Positions 45,348-55,461 of a stretch of 64,000 nt of DNA are shown here, piece by piece. The notes under the pieces were generated by a model. The model was not told where the DNA came from. It searched no databases and saw only the letters and a program-made list of their open reading frames with translations. Position 1 is the stretch's first letter, and each line of letters begins with the position of its first letter. Source of the DNA: an uncultured Chloroflexia bacterium (GTDB lineage Bacteria; Chloroflexota; Chloroflexia; Thermomicrobiales; UBA6265); contig CAVRUC010000007.1 of assembly GCA_963724295.1 (NCBI GenBank), positions 32,001 through 96,000 on the forward strand. Reading direction: 5' to 3'. Both the position numbers and the translations under genes were made by a program.

Positions 45348-48185
45348 ATGAACCCGGCGGATCGAATTCTGCGCGGCATGCCGCGCCGGGGGCCGGCCGG
45401 CCCATCGGCCGGTGACCCGGGCGGCTGGTCGCCATCGCCGGCGACCAGGCGAATGCTGATCACCGCCCTGGTTCTTTTCGCCGTCTTTGCCTTTGTCTGG
45501 CTGACTGCACGGTTTTGGGTTCAGTGGTGGTGGTTCGACAGCGTCGGATACCAGACGGCGCTTACGACCCGGTACATCTCAGGAGCCATCGCTTTTGTCG
45601 TCGCCGCATTACTAGTGGGCGGATTCTTCGCGGCGAACTGGAACATTGCACTGCGTCGCCGCGAGAGCCATAGTCGAAGTGCACGTCTCGCTTCGAGTCG
45701 AATTCTGCGCTGGCCGCTCTGGCTCCTCACCGTCGTCCTGGCCGTCTTCGCCGGCTGGTTTGCCGCAGAGCAATGGGTGACCTGGCGGCTTGCGTTGGCA
45801 GGTGCAAGCTTTGGCATCGCCGATCCTATCTTCGGCATGGACGCCGGTTTCTACGTCTTCCGGCTTCCCGCGCTCGAGATTGCGCACAACGCAGCCCTGA
45901 CGACAGTCTTGGTGACCCTGGTCGCGGTGGTTCTGATCTACCTCGGCATGCGCGGCCTGGATCGGCTCGACCAGCTGCAGGCTTCGCCGCAGGCCAGGCG
46001 ACACCTTCTCGGCTTGGCCGCATTGCTCCTGATCTTGTTTGGCGTGGGGTACGTCCTGGCGAACTTTGGTCTGCAGTACTCCCGGCGAGGTTTCGCATAC
46101 GGGCCTGGGTTCACTGACGTGACGGTCGTGCGGCCGCTCAACTATTTGCTTGCCATCGTATCAGCAATTGCCGCGGTGATCCTGGTCGTCAGCCGCCGAA
46201 TGGAGCAGCTCCGCTGGCTGGGGATCGTCGCTGTCACGTGGCTGGTGGCAGTGGGGCTGGGAGCAGTGGTCCCCCGGATCGTGCAGCAGGCGATCGTCGA
46301 GCCGAATGAGTTGCAGCGGGAAACCCCATACATCGCGAATAACATCGCTTTTACGCGAGAAGGCTTTGGTCTCGACGGCGTGGAGACACGCAGCATCAGT
46401 GGTCAGGGTGAGCCGCCAGCAAGTGCTCTTCAGGCGGACTCGCCGGTTCTCCGCAATGTCCGGCTGTGGGACTACCGCATTGCTCAGCAGACCTTTCAGC
46501 AGCTGCGATCCTTCGTTCCGTACTACGTCTTCAATGATGTCGACGTCGATCGCTACCCCGAAGAGGACGAGCTCCAACAGGTGCTCGTGTCCGCGCGCGA
46601 GCTCGATACCGAGGGTCTACCCGCAAACGCCCAGACCTGGACCAACCAGCATCTCTCGTATACACATGGCTATGGAGGAGTCATTAGCCCGATCAACGAA
46701 GCGACGAGCCAGGGCCTGCCGGTCTTCAGCGTCGGAGGTATCCCACCGGAACAGGCGGGCGTGATGACCATCGCTCGCCCGGAGATCTATTTTGGGGAGC
46801 TAGAGAGCACGTGGGTCGCGGTCAAGACTGGCGTGCAAGAAGTCAATGGCATCCCGGGCGAAACGCCAACACATAGCTATGAAGGGCTGGCGCACGGATC
46901 GATCGGGCTCGACAACTATCTGAAGCGCGTAATTCTCGCTATCAACCTCGGAGACCGCCGAGTTCTATTCACCGACGAATTGACAGCTGAGTCGCGGGTG
47001 CTGCTGAAGCGGTCGATCACGGACCGCGTAAGCACGATTGCACCATTTCTTCTGCTCGACGGAGATCCGTACTTGACTGTGGTGGATGGCCGCCTGATCT
47101 GGATCCTCGATGCGTATTCGGCGACTGACCGGTTCCCGAACTCAACGCCATCAGGCGGAGTGAATTACGCGAGGCAAACCTTCAAGGCGACAGTCGATGC
47201 GTATGACGGCACCGTGACGTTCTACCGCACGGCTATGGCCGATCCAATTGCCGACGCCTACACATCGCTGTTCAGGGAGATGTTCACGCCAATCAGTGAA
47301 GCGCCGCCGGCGCTGGCCGAGCATTTTCGCTATCCGGAAGATCTCTTCGACTTGCAATCTCGAGTCTTTTCCGCATATCACGTGACCGATCCCACTGCCT
47401 TCTATAACGGCGAGGATCGCTGGGAGGTCGCCGCGGAGCCGGTTGAAACCGACGGAGAAGCCGAGATCGTGCTGCGGCCGATGGAGGCGTATTACATGAC
47501 GCTCCCATTGCCGGACGAAACGGAAACCGGGTTCAAGCTCATTCGCCCCTTCACTCCGATCAATAGGCCCAACATGACCGCCTGGATGGCTGGCCAATCG
47601 GATCCAAGGGGTGACGCCCGGTTGGTCGTCTACCGATTCCCGCGCCAGACAACCGTTTTTGGCCCGCAGCAAGTCGAAGCACGTATCAACCAGGATCCGG
47701 AGATTTCTGAGCAATTCACCCTCCTCAGCCAGTCCGGCTCGCGGGTCATTACCGGAAACCTCTTAGTCCTCCCGGTAGAAGAAACGGTGATGTACGTGCA
47801 GCCGGTATACCTTCAGGCCACGGGTACGAATGGCGCGCCGACTGAGTTGACGTTCGTTATCGTGGCTACTGAGGAGCAGGTCGAGATGCGGCCGACGCTC
47901 GAGGAGGCTCTGGCGGCTGTTGCCGGTAATGACGAGGCGGACGGTTCAGGTGCAGACACGGCGGGTGCCGAAGCGGGTCTCGCTCCAGGCGCCGCACCCA
48001 TAACCGGGACCGTGGCAGATGCTCTTGATGCCTACGAGCGGGGGCAAAGGGCCTTGCAAGAGGGCGACTGGGCCGCGTATGGCGAGGCCCAGGAAGAGCT
48101 TGGTGGCATTCTTGATACGCTGGCGAGATCGGCGGGCGTCCCAACAGGGCCCGAACCCGTCGCAGTGGCAACTCCAGTCCCCTGA
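45348..48185 (+). CDS. UPF0182 family membrane protein
   Basis: WWFDSVGY, DPIFGMDAGFYVFRLP, VRLWD, YTHGYG, RYPEDLF, GNLLVLP. Confidence 0.93.
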   Translation: MNPADRILRGMPRRGPAGPSAGDPGGWSPSPATRRMLITALVLFAVFAFVWLTARFWVQWWWFDSVGYQTALTTRYISGAIAFVVAALLVGGFFAANWNIALRRRESHSRSARLASSRILRWPLWLLTVVLAVFAGWFAAEQWVTWRLALAGASFGIADPIFGMDAGFYVFRLPALEIAHNAALTTVLVTLVAVVLIYLGMRGLDRLDQLQASPQARRHLLGLAALLLILFGVGYVLANFGLQYSRRGFAYGPGFTDVTVVRPLNYLLAIVSAIAAVILVVSRRMEQLRWLGIVAVTWLVAVGLGAVVPRIVQQAIVEPNELQRETPYIANNIAFTREGFGLDGVETRSISGQGEPPASALQADSPVLRNVRLWDYRIAQQTFQQLRSFVPYYVFNDVDVDRYPEEDELQQVLVSARELDTEGLPANAQTWTNQHLSYTHGYGGVISPINEATSQGLPVFSVGGIPPEQAGVMTIARPEIYFGELESTWVAVKTGVQEVNGIPGETPTHSYEGLAHGSIGLDNYLKRVILAINLGDRRVLFTDELTAESRVLLKRSITDRVSTIAPFLLLDGDPYLTVVDGRLIWILDAYSATDRFPNSTPSGGVNYARQTFKATVDAYDGTVTFYRTAMADPIADAYTSLFREMFTPISEAPPALAEHFRYPEDLFDLQSRVFSAYHVTDPTAFYNGEDRWEVAAEPVETDGEAEIVLRPMEAYYMTLPLPDETETGFKLIRPFTPINRPNMTAWMAGQSDPRGDARLVVYRFPRQTTVFGPQQVEARINQDPEISEQFTLLSQSGSRVITGNLLVLPVEETVMYVQPVYLQATGTNGAPTELTFVIVATEEQVEMRPTLEEALAAVAGNDEADGSGADTAGAEAGLAPGAAPITGTVADALDAYERGQRALQEGDWAAYGEAQEELGGILDTLARSAGVPTGPEPVAVATPVP

Positions 48186-48288
48186 GTTGAGGAAGGGTGC
48201 GGGTCGACGCGGCGGGAGCCTTTCGATAGCCTAACGCAAGTGCTGCCGGAGCTGATGCGTTCCGGAGGTCAATCATGAGGAGCGGCCG

Positions 48289-48489
48289 GTGAACATTTGG
48301 GGATGGCTCGTGGTACTCGGCGCGGTCGGAGCGTCGGTCGGGTTCGTGCTCTACGGGATGGGCACGTCGACGCTGTTACCGGACGACCAACTCATCAGCT
48401 CCGGCAGATACCTGATGATTGGTGGTCTCATCGCGCTCGTTGTCGGCTTTGTGGCGTACAAGGCCACCGAACGGTCGGGGCGGACTTAG
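48289..48489 (+). CDS. Small 2-TM membrane protein (66 aa)
   Basis: GAGGAG SD, two hydrophobic helices. Confidence 0.65.
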   Translation: MNIWGWLVVLGAVGASVGFVLYGMGTSTLLPDDQLISSGRYLMIGGLIALVVGFVAYKATERSGRT

Positions 48490-49866
48490 CCGGCTCTCTG
48501 CGGTCGCGGCCGGCCAAGGGGTTCGCTGGAGCACAACGTCCTGATCCGGGAACCAGCGGCGTCGCACCTGCCCGGCAAGATACATCGACCCCGCAACGAG
48601 CACCGGCGCGCCCTCTCGCTTGGCGACCGCCTCGGCAAGGCGCACCGCTGCATCCGGGTTGGGTTCGACGTGCACGGCTCCGGCAAAGCCGGACGCTATT
48701 GCCGCACTGGCAATCGTGTCTGCCGCGATTGACTCCTTGCCGAGGACTGACGGCTCCGTGGTGATAATGCTCGATGCCGCGGTTCCAAGCTTGGCGAGGA
48801 CCCGTGCTGGGTCTTTGCTACGCAACATTCCGACGACGACCACCGGTAACGCGCACCCGGCGAAGCGACTGGCAGCTTCCTGAGTCAGGGCCGCGGCTTT
48901 GTCCTCATTGTGAGCGCCGTCGATCCAAACCGCGGGTTCGACCGTGCCTGGCATTCGTTCCAGGCGCCCGGGGAGCCGAGCGGTGCGGATTCCGTCGCCA
49001 ACGGCCGCCTCGGAAATCGCGAATCCGCGCTGAACGAGAACCCTTGCTACAGCAGTTGCTACCTCGGCGTTGCGCTCTCTGAATCCACTCGCCACCGGCG
49101 GCGCGTGCGTCCGTGCACCGTCAACGCCAAAAGCTCGAACGATGTCGACCGACGCCGATTTGGCTTCCTGGGCGATGACTGAGAGGGCCTCGGCGGGAAG
49201 GTCGCCAACAACGGCGGTGGATCCCGGCTTGATGATTCCGGCTTTGTGCCAGGCGATATCGGCGATGTCCGGACCGAGCGTGACGAGGTGATCCAAGCCG
49301 ATGCTGGTGACAACGCTGACCAGGGGATCAATGACATTGGTGGCGTCGAACCGTCCGCCTGCCCCTACCTCCACGACGGCGACGTCGACCTTACGCAGGG
49401 CGAACCACCAATACCCAAGCACGCTCCACGCTTCGCCATAGCTGAATGGCCGTTTTTCCCGCTCGGTCTGGATGAGGCGAGCCGCTGTAGCGAGGACCCG
49501 TGAAGTCATATCAGCGAACGAGTCTGGATCGATCAGGGACGGCCCGATCTGCAGTTTTTCTGTCGGTACCTGCAAGTATGGAGACGTGCGCAGGCCGACG
49601 CGATAGCCTGCCGCTGTCAAGATGGCGGCGACCATCGCGGCCGTTGAGCCCTTGCCTGACGTCCCTGTTACGTGGATAACCGGGTAGCGACGCTGCGGAT
49701 CGCCGAGCCCTCTGAGCATGGCGCGGATTCGCTCGAGCCTGGCCTCCGCTCGCTGCCGGCGGCTTGCCGGGGAGCGGGACGCGTGGTACTCGCCGCGAAT
49801 GAGGGCGTTCAACGATTCAACGGCGCATTGGTAGGACTCGAACTCGGAGTCGGGTGAACGGTTCAA
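48376..49866 (-). CDS. folC: Folylpolyglutamate / dihydrofolate synthase family (true 3' end may be 48486)
   Basis: IHVTGTSGKGS, EVGAGGRFDATNV, IGLDH, KAGIIK, DGAHN, GSMYL. Confidence 0.88.
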   Translation of the reverse strand: MNRSPDSEFESYQCAVESLNALIRGEYHASRSPASRRQRAEARLERIRAMLRGLGDPQRRYPVIHVTGTSGKGSTAAMVAAILTAAGYRVGLRTSPYLQVPTEKLQIGPSLIDPDSFADMTSRVLATAARLIQTEREKRPFSYGEAWSVLGYWWFALRKVDVAVVEVGAGGRFDATNVIDPLVSVVTSIGLDHLVTLGPDIADIAWHKAGIIKPGSTAVVGDLPAEALSVIAQEAKSASVDIVRAFGVDGARTHAPPVASGFRERNAEVATAVARVLVQRGFAISEAAVGDGIRTARLPGRLERMPGTVEPAVWIDGAHNEDKAAALTQEAASRFAGCALPVVVVGMLRSKDPARVLAKLGTAASSIITTEPSVLGKESIAADTIASAAIASGFAGAVHVEPNPDAAVRLAEAVAKREGAPVLVAGSMYLAGQVRRRWFPDQDVVLQRTPWPAATAESRLSPPRPFGGLVRHKADNERDETTNHQVSAGADELVVR

Positions 49867-49868
49867 GA

Positions 49869-51092
49869 CTAAAGGAACTCCGCACAGACCACATTTGCCA
49901 GCAGGGCGCCGCGCTTGGAGAGCCGCACCCGTTCGTCGTCTGCTTCGAGCAGGCCGATGGAGGTCAGACGGGCGATTTGTGGCTCGAACTGCTCGAAGAG
50001 TGAAACGCCGTGTCGCCGTGCGAACGACGGCACGGATACTCCGTCCTCCAGGAGCCTCAATCCGAGCATCATGGTCTCCCCCATAGCAGTCCGCTCGCTT
50101 ATCTCCTCGATATTCGAGACGACGGAGTTACAGCTCTGGAGACTGGCGATGTACCGCCCCGGCGACGGCTGGTTCATGGTGCGGCGGCCTCGCGTGTGGC
50201 CGTGGGCGCCCGCTCCGATTCCCGCGTAGTCGCCATTGCGCCAATAGACGGCGTTATGGCGCGAAGTCTTGTCCGGCGATGAGGCCCAGTTGGCGATTTC
50301 GTAGTGGATCCATCCCGCATCGGCCAGCATCACCATGGCCAGCTCATAAAAGTCCGCTGCCGTATCGTCGTCCACGGGAGACAGAATGCCACGCTTGACG
50401 GCGTCAGCCATCGGCGTACCGGGCTCGACGATCAGCCCGTACAGCGAGAGGTGGTCTGGCGGTCGGCCACCGGCTACACCGGTCAGCACCTGATTCAGAT
50501 CGGTTTGCCACTGATCGATGGTCTGGCCAGGCCAGCCGAAGATGAAGTCGAGGCTGACGTTCTCGAAGCCCGCCTGGCGCGCAGCTGCGACCGCCCGCGC
50601 GACGTGCTCGGCCTCGTGCAACCGGCCCAGCACCCGCAGACCGCGCCTATCCAGCGTCTGGGCGCCAATGCTGAGGCGATTCACTCCTGCATCGAGCAGA
50701 CTCGAGCAATACCTCTCGTCAAGGTTGTTGGGGTTGGCCTCGATCGTGACCTCGACGTCGGGAGCAAGGGCGAAGTCAGAACCGCAGGCGTCGAGGATAG
50801 CCTTGATCTGGCTTGAATCGAGAAGCGAAGGGGTACCACCGCCGATGAATATCGAGGCGGCGAAACGATCCTCGAATTGAGCAGCCCACTGGGCGGTCTC
50901 CCTGAGGACAGCCTCGACGTACGCGGGTATACGCGCCGATTGTCCGGCGTAGGTGTTGAAGTCGCAGTAAGGACAGATGTGGGAGCAGAACGGGACGTGG
51001 ATGTAGATGCCGAACCGATCGTCCACCTGGGCTGGAGCGTCGAACAGCCGGGCTTGCGAATCCGGCCTTGAAGCCACGATGGGCACCGTCAC
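49869..51092 (-). CDS. hemW: Radical SAM heme chaperone HemW (HemN-like)
   Basis: YIHVPFCSHICPYCDFN, GGGTPS, YEIAN, HNAVYW. Confidence 0.92.
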   Translation of the reverse strand: MTVPIVASRPDSQARLFDAPAQVDDRFGIYIHVPFCSHICPYCDFNTYAGQSARIPAYVEAVLRETAQWAAQFEDRFAASIFIGGGTPSLLDSSQIKAILDACGSDFALAPDVEVTIEANPNNLDERYCSSLLDAGVNRLSIGAQTLDRRGLRVLGRLHEAEHVARAVAAARQAGFENVSLDFIFGWPGQTIDQWQTDLNQVLTGVAGGRPPDHLSLYGLIVEPGTPMADAVKRGILSPVDDDTAADFYELAMVMLADAGWIHYEIANWASSPDKTSRHNAVYWRNGDYAGIGAGAHGHTRGRRTMNQPSPGRYIASLQSCNSVVSNIEEISERTAMGETMMLGLRLLEDGVSVPSFARRHGVSLFEQFEPQIARLTSIGLLEADDERVRLSKRGALLANVVCAEFL

Positions 51093-51099
51093 GGTGACT

Positions 51100-51637
51100 T
51101 CACGGGACCGGGGTCGCCTCGACGACGATTGCCCGCGGAGCGTCGGCCGGGAATAAGGTAGACAGGTAGATCACCAGCGGAACAGTGCTGTCGTTGCGCC
51201 CCTGATGGATCGAATCGGGGGACTCGACCAATGCATCGCCGGGTAGCACGACCACGGTTTCCCCCGGGCGGATCAGTGTGCGGTTCACCGGTCGGATCAT
51301 CACCTCGGTACCAATTGATCTCGCCTGTGAAGACGGTGTAGGTGAGCTCTCCCTGAACAACGACCCCGATCTGCGTGCCTGGGTGATAGTGGACTGGAAG
51401 CACTGCTCCGGGCATAACCGTGACCCGGCCGAGAGCCAGCTCCGGATTCTCGACGGTGACCGGCAGTGCGTGGCCGAGCACTTCGCTCGTGATGGCCACC
51501 GGTGCGGCCGGTTCTGGAGTCGCGTGCTGCGCGAGCGAGGGAGAAGCATTGCTCACCAATATCAGGATCAAGCCGAGCAGGGCCATAGCGACGATGAGGC
51601 TCGGCCGGTTTCCCATCTTGCACTCCCAATTCGACAT
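51100..51637 (-). CDS. Secreted cupin-domain protein (frameshift near 51280)
   Basis: Signal peptide ending SLA-QHATP; PVHYHPG..QGEL in one frame, PGDALVE..IHQGRN in the next. Confidence 0.82.
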
Positions 51638-51650
51638 GGACGGTGAATCC

Positions 51651-52742
51651 CTACAGCAATCGCTTCAACTTTTCGAAGTCCACGTTGCCGCCGCTGAGCG
51701 TCGCTACGACGCGAGATCCTGGCTCGACGCCAGCCTTGCCGGTGAGGAGCGCTGCGGTGGCCGCTGCCCCTGCCGGCTCGACAAGGAGCTTGGTCCGCTC
51801 CAGCAGGAGCCGCATGGCATTGAGGATCTCGTCGTCAGTGACGATAACCACGTCGTCGACCAGACGCTCGATCAGCCTCTGGGACGTCGGTGCGGCGAAC
51901 GGGGCCGCCAGCCCATCGGCGACGGTCGTGATCTTTTCGATGGTTACCGGGTATCCGGCGATCAGACTCCGGGTGACGGCTGGCGCGCCCTCGGGCTCGA
52001 CGCCGACAATCCGAATGGCGGGATTCAACGCCTTCGCCGCGACGGCAATTCCAGCCAGTAGCCCACCGCCCCCGACACAGACGGCGATGGTATCGACGTC
52101 AGGACCCTCCTCCACGATCTCCAGGCCCACGGTACCCTGGCCGGCGATGATATCCGGATCGCCGAACGGATGAACGTAGTGCATCCCATGTGCATCCCGA
52201 TACTCGTCCATGGCGGCGAAAACGGTCTCCATCGACGGCGCGAAGCAGGCCTCCGCGCCGTATTCCTTGACCGCCGCGACTTTGGTGGGGACGGCATTCT
52301 CCGGCATGAAAACCACGCAACGGACCCCGGCGATCTTGGCCGCGTAGGCGAGGCCCTGGCCATGATTCCCGGCGGAGAGGGTGATGACGCCGCGCTCGCG
52401 CTGCTCGGTGGACAGGCTCAGCACAGCATTGAGTGCGCCGCGCGCCTTGAACGCACCCGTGCGTTGCAGATTTTCTGCCTTGAGGCCGAGCCTCGTGCCG
52501 GTCAAACGACTCAACGTCGCCGAGTCGAACAACGGTGTGCGGTGAATGTATGGCTGGATGCGGACGGCGGCAGACCGGACGTCATCGAGGGTGACGGTCG
52601 GCGTTTCCATCCGCTCATAGGCGGCGCGGGCCTCCCGCGCCGCGGCGGCGATTTCCTGGGTTGCGGTGACGTGTTGCAGCACTGGTCGTTGCCCTTTGCG
52701 CGGCGCTGCCGCCGGTGCGTCCGGCAATGGAATCGCTGTCAT
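51651..52742 (-). CDS. PLP-dependent threonine/serine dehydratase (no ACT domain)
   Basis: KAENLQRTGAFKARG, SAGNHGQG, GGGGL, SGGNVD. Confidence 0.92.
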   Translation of the reverse strand: MTAIPLPDAPAAAPRKGQRPVLQHVTATQEIAAAAREARAAYERMETPTVTLDDVRSAAVRIQPYIHRTPLFDSATLSRLTGTRLGLKAENLQRTGAFKARGALNAVLSLSTEQRERGVITLSAGNHGQGLAYAAKIAGVRCVVFMPENAVPTKVAAVKEYGAEACFAPSMETVFAAMDEYRDAHGMHYVHPFGDPDIIAGQGTVGLEIVEEGPDVDTIAVCVGGGGLLAGIAVAAKALNPAIRIVGVEPEGAPAVTRSLIAGYPVTIEKITTVADGLAAPFAAPTSQRLIERLVDDVVIVTDDEILNAMRLLLERTKLLVEPAGAAATAALLTGKAGVEPGSRVVATLSGGNVDFEKLKRLL

Positions 52743-52798
52743 GTCCGGATGTGACGGGTCAGTATACGCGAATGGGCTGTCTAACTCTGGGGGTTGCA

Positions 52799-53152
52799 GT
52801 GGAAAACGGATCTGAGGCGAGGTCGGGGAGACTGCGCACCGTTCCCTTCAACGATGCGATGGTAGAGACGATCGCCGAAGCCATTGACGCGTGGCCGAGC
52901 CTGGCGCCATTTCAACTACCGGGAGCCGCCGTCTATCAGTTCACGCTGGATGGGTCGGAGGGGCGACCGTCGGCGATGGTGACGCTCTGGCCGTCCCTGC
53001 GCCGCGTTGATGCTATTGGCAGCGGCGCGGCAGTCGTCTTTACCCGGATTGCATCGGTGCAGTTAGTCGAGGGCGTCGAGGTGCTGTTCCGGCGCGAGAC
53101 TGGCGAGTACCTGGTGGTCGCCAAAGGCGGCCGCATTATCGTGCGGTCATGA
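52799..53152 (+). CDS. Hypothetical beta-rich protein (start uncertain)
   Basis: ORF fills the gap between flanking genes; protein-like composition. Confidence 0.6.
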   Translation: MENGSEARSGRLRTVPFNDAMVETIAEAIDAWPSLAPFQLPGAAVYQFTLDGSEGRPSAMVTLWPSLRRVDAIGSGAAVVFTRIASVQLVEGVEVLFRRETGEYLVVAKGGRIIVRS

Positions 53153-53183
53153 AGTAGGTGATCAGCCGGCGAAGCTCGAGAAG

Positions 53184-53220
53184 GTTGCAAAGATTGCAAA
53201 GATTGCAAAGGCTACGAAAG
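53184..53220. repeat. Tandem 9-mer (TTGCAAAGA) x3 between convergent genes
   Basis: GTTGCAAAG ATTGCAAAG ATTGCAAAG GCTACGAAAG. Confidence 0.7.
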
Positions 53221-53246
53221 GCGCATGTTCGTCCGGTGGCGAACAA

Positions 53247-54347
53247 TTAGCGAGCGGCCGCTCGCCCCTGGGTTGACCCGGGGCGAAAGTCCGATTCGGT
53301 CGTCAACGTTTGGATGAACCCAGCAATGATCCTGGCCGCGTTCTCGAGATCGGAGAGGCTGACGAGCTCATTCGGTGAGTGCATATAGCGATTTGGAATC
53401 GAGATCACCCCGGTGGCTGTGCCGGCGCCAGAGTGGATCATGGCGTCGGCATCGGTCCCACTTGACTTCCCGGTTGCTTGTACGGCGATCTCGATTCCCA
53501 GGGTGCGTGCCGCTTCGCGCATGCCGTTGAACACGCCGTCGTTGATCGTCGCGCCGCGACCGAGGACCGGTCCGCCGCCCAGCTTTACCTCATGGTCGCG
53601 CTTCTTATCGGCACCCGGGTAATCGGTAGCATGGGTGACGTCGATGGCGATGGCAACTGTCGGGGCTACTTTGAACGAGGCGGTGTAGGCGCCGCCGAAG
53701 GTGATCTCTTCCTGGGCAGTCGCCACGGCGTAGACGTCGGCCGCACCGCGGTCCGCGGCGATCAACCGCGCTGCCTCCAGCCCGACGAACGCGCCCACGC
53801 GGTTGTCCATGCTGCGCGCAACGCAGATATCGCCTGTCAGTTCAACGAAGCGCGAGTCGATAACGGCCGCATCGCCGATGTCGACCCGGCGGGCGGCATC
53901 GTCATAGTCGCGCGCGCCGACATCGATCCACATCTCGTCGAGACGGGTTGGCCTGCGCCGATCCTCGTCTTTGAGGAGGTGGGCGGCCTTCTTGCCGATG
54001 ACGCCGATCACGTCACCTTGCCGTCCCGCCACGCGGAGCCGCTGTCCGACGACGACTTGATCATCCCAGCCGCCAAGCGGGGAGAACCACAGGAAGCCCT
54101 CTTTGTCGATGTGGGTAATAACGAAACCAATCTCGTCGATGTGCCCGGCGAGCAGCACCCTCGGCGCGTCGGGCAGGTCGTTCTTCGGTTTCACCCGGGC
54201 AAACGAGTTCCCCACGACGTCATGCGTCACCTCATCCGCGAAGGTCGCAGCTTCTTCTCGCCAAACGTGAGCCGGGGCCGACTCGTAGCCAGATGGGCCC
54301 GGGGCGTCCAGTAGCCGGCGCAGGAATGCGACCGCTCGCTCCTCCAT
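53247..54347 (-). CDS. M42 family aminopeptidase
   Basis: GHIDEIG, DNRVG, QEE, DVTHA, GTDA, RYMHS; GGAGGA SD. Confidence 0.93.
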   Translation of the reverse strand: MEERAVAFLRRLLDAPGPSGYESAPAHVWREEAATFADEVTHDVVGNSFARVKPKNDLPDAPRVLLAGHIDEIGFVITHIDKEGFLWFSPLGGWDDQVVVGQRLRVAGRQGDVIGVIGKKAAHLLKDEDRRRPTRLDEMWIDVGARDYDDAARRVDIGDAAVIDSRFVELTGDICVARSMDNRVGAFVGLEAARLIAADRGAADVYAVATAQEEITFGGAYTASFKVAPTVAIAIDVTHATDYPGADKKRDHEVKLGGGPVLGRGATINDGVFNGMREAARTLGIEIAVQATGKSSGTDADAMIHSGAGTATGVISIPNRYMHSPNELVSLSDLENAARIIAGFIQTLTTESDFRPGSTQGRAAAR

Positions 54348-54400
54348 GGTCAGTCAATTCTCCTCCGCGAGGTGATTAACGTCTCGGGGATGTCCGTGCT

Positions 54401-54478
54401 CTAGTCCTGTCGAATCACGAGCAAAACGGCGACGATAGCCACGGCAGCCATTGCCATCACCACCCAAAATCCAATCAC
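54401..54478 (-). CDS. Putative 25-aa single-TM peptide
   Basis: GTG overlaps upstream TGA (GTGA); MIGFWVVMAMAAVAIVAVLLVIRQD. Confidence 0.55.
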   Translation of the reverse strand: MIGFWVVMAMAAVAIVAVLLVIRQD

Positions 54479-55461
54479 GCGGTGAGACGTCCTAGTCGCG
54501 GTACATGCGGTCGAACCACGTCGAGAGCCGTCGCTAGCGTGTCGGAATCCGCGCCAGTGCGAAGGCCGAGCGCTTCCATGCGTCCGATTAGCCGCTCAGT
54601 ACTGAGGTTGCCGGGCGCTCCCGGAGCGAAGGGGCACCCACCGAGACCCCCGACGGCCGAGTCGAAGGTCCGCACGCCGAACTCGAGAGCTTCCTCCACG
54701 TTAGCCAGCGCGGTCCCGGAGGTGTCGTGAAAATGCAGAGCAAGACGTTCGATGGGAATTGAGGACTGCCCTGCCTTCAGTGTGTGTCTGACCGAGTCTG
54801 GTGTCGCCGTCCCGATCGTATCTGCCAGGCATACCTCGTCGCACCCAAGCTCGAGCAGTCGCTCCGCAACTCGAATTGCCGCTCTGACGTCGACGGCCCC
54901 GGAATAGGGGCAACCGAACGAGACCGAGACGTAGCCCCGCACCCAGATCCCGCGCTGCCGAGCGTCCGCAACGACTGGCTCGAACCGCTCGAACGTGCCA
55001 TCGATCGACGCACCGACGTTCGCCTGGGCGAATGCCTCTGTCGCCGACGTGAACAACGCGATTGCGTCAGTCCCTGCTTCCATGGCGCGCTCGAACCCTC
55101 GTATATTCGGAACGAGCACGGGGTAGCGGGTGCCGGCGACGCGCTCGATTCCGGTCATGACTTCCGTAGCATCCGCGAGCTGCGGCACCGCCTTAGGATT
55201 GACGAAGCTCGTTACTTCGATGACCGGCAGCCCGGCGTCGGTGAGCGCGTCGACGAATGCGATTTTCGCAATGGTCGGAATCGGGGAGGCTTCGTTCTGC
55301 AGTCCGTCGCGGGGGCCGACTTCAACGATCACCACGTCGCGCTGTGGAGGGAGCGACGCGCTGTCGCGCGCGGCTCCCTCCATCAATCGTGTGTCGTGTT
55401 GCTCGTACGCGATCGCCTTCCTTTCATTGCCAGCGGCGGATCGCCCGGTCTGAACCGTCAT
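54475..55461 (-). CDS. Hydroxymethylglutaryl-CoA lyase
   Basis: EVGPRDGLQNE, FGCPY, LADTIG, HFHDT, GLGGCPFAPGA. Confidence 0.94.
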   Translation of the reverse strand: MTVQTGRSAAGNERKAIAYEQHDTRLMEGAARDSASLPPQRDVVIVEVGPRDGLQNEASPIPTIAKIAFVDALTDAGLPVIEVTSFVNPKAVPQLADATEVMTGIERVAGTRYPVLVPNIRGFERAMEAGTDAIALFTSATEAFAQANVGASIDGTFERFEPVVADARQRGIWVRGYVSVSFGCPYSGAVDVRAAIRVAERLLELGCDEVCLADTIGTATPDSVRHTLKAGQSSIPIERLALHFHDTSGTALANVEEALEFGVRTFDSAVGGLGGCPFAPGAPGNLSTERLIGRMEALGLRTGADSDTLATALDVVRPHVPRLGRLTA

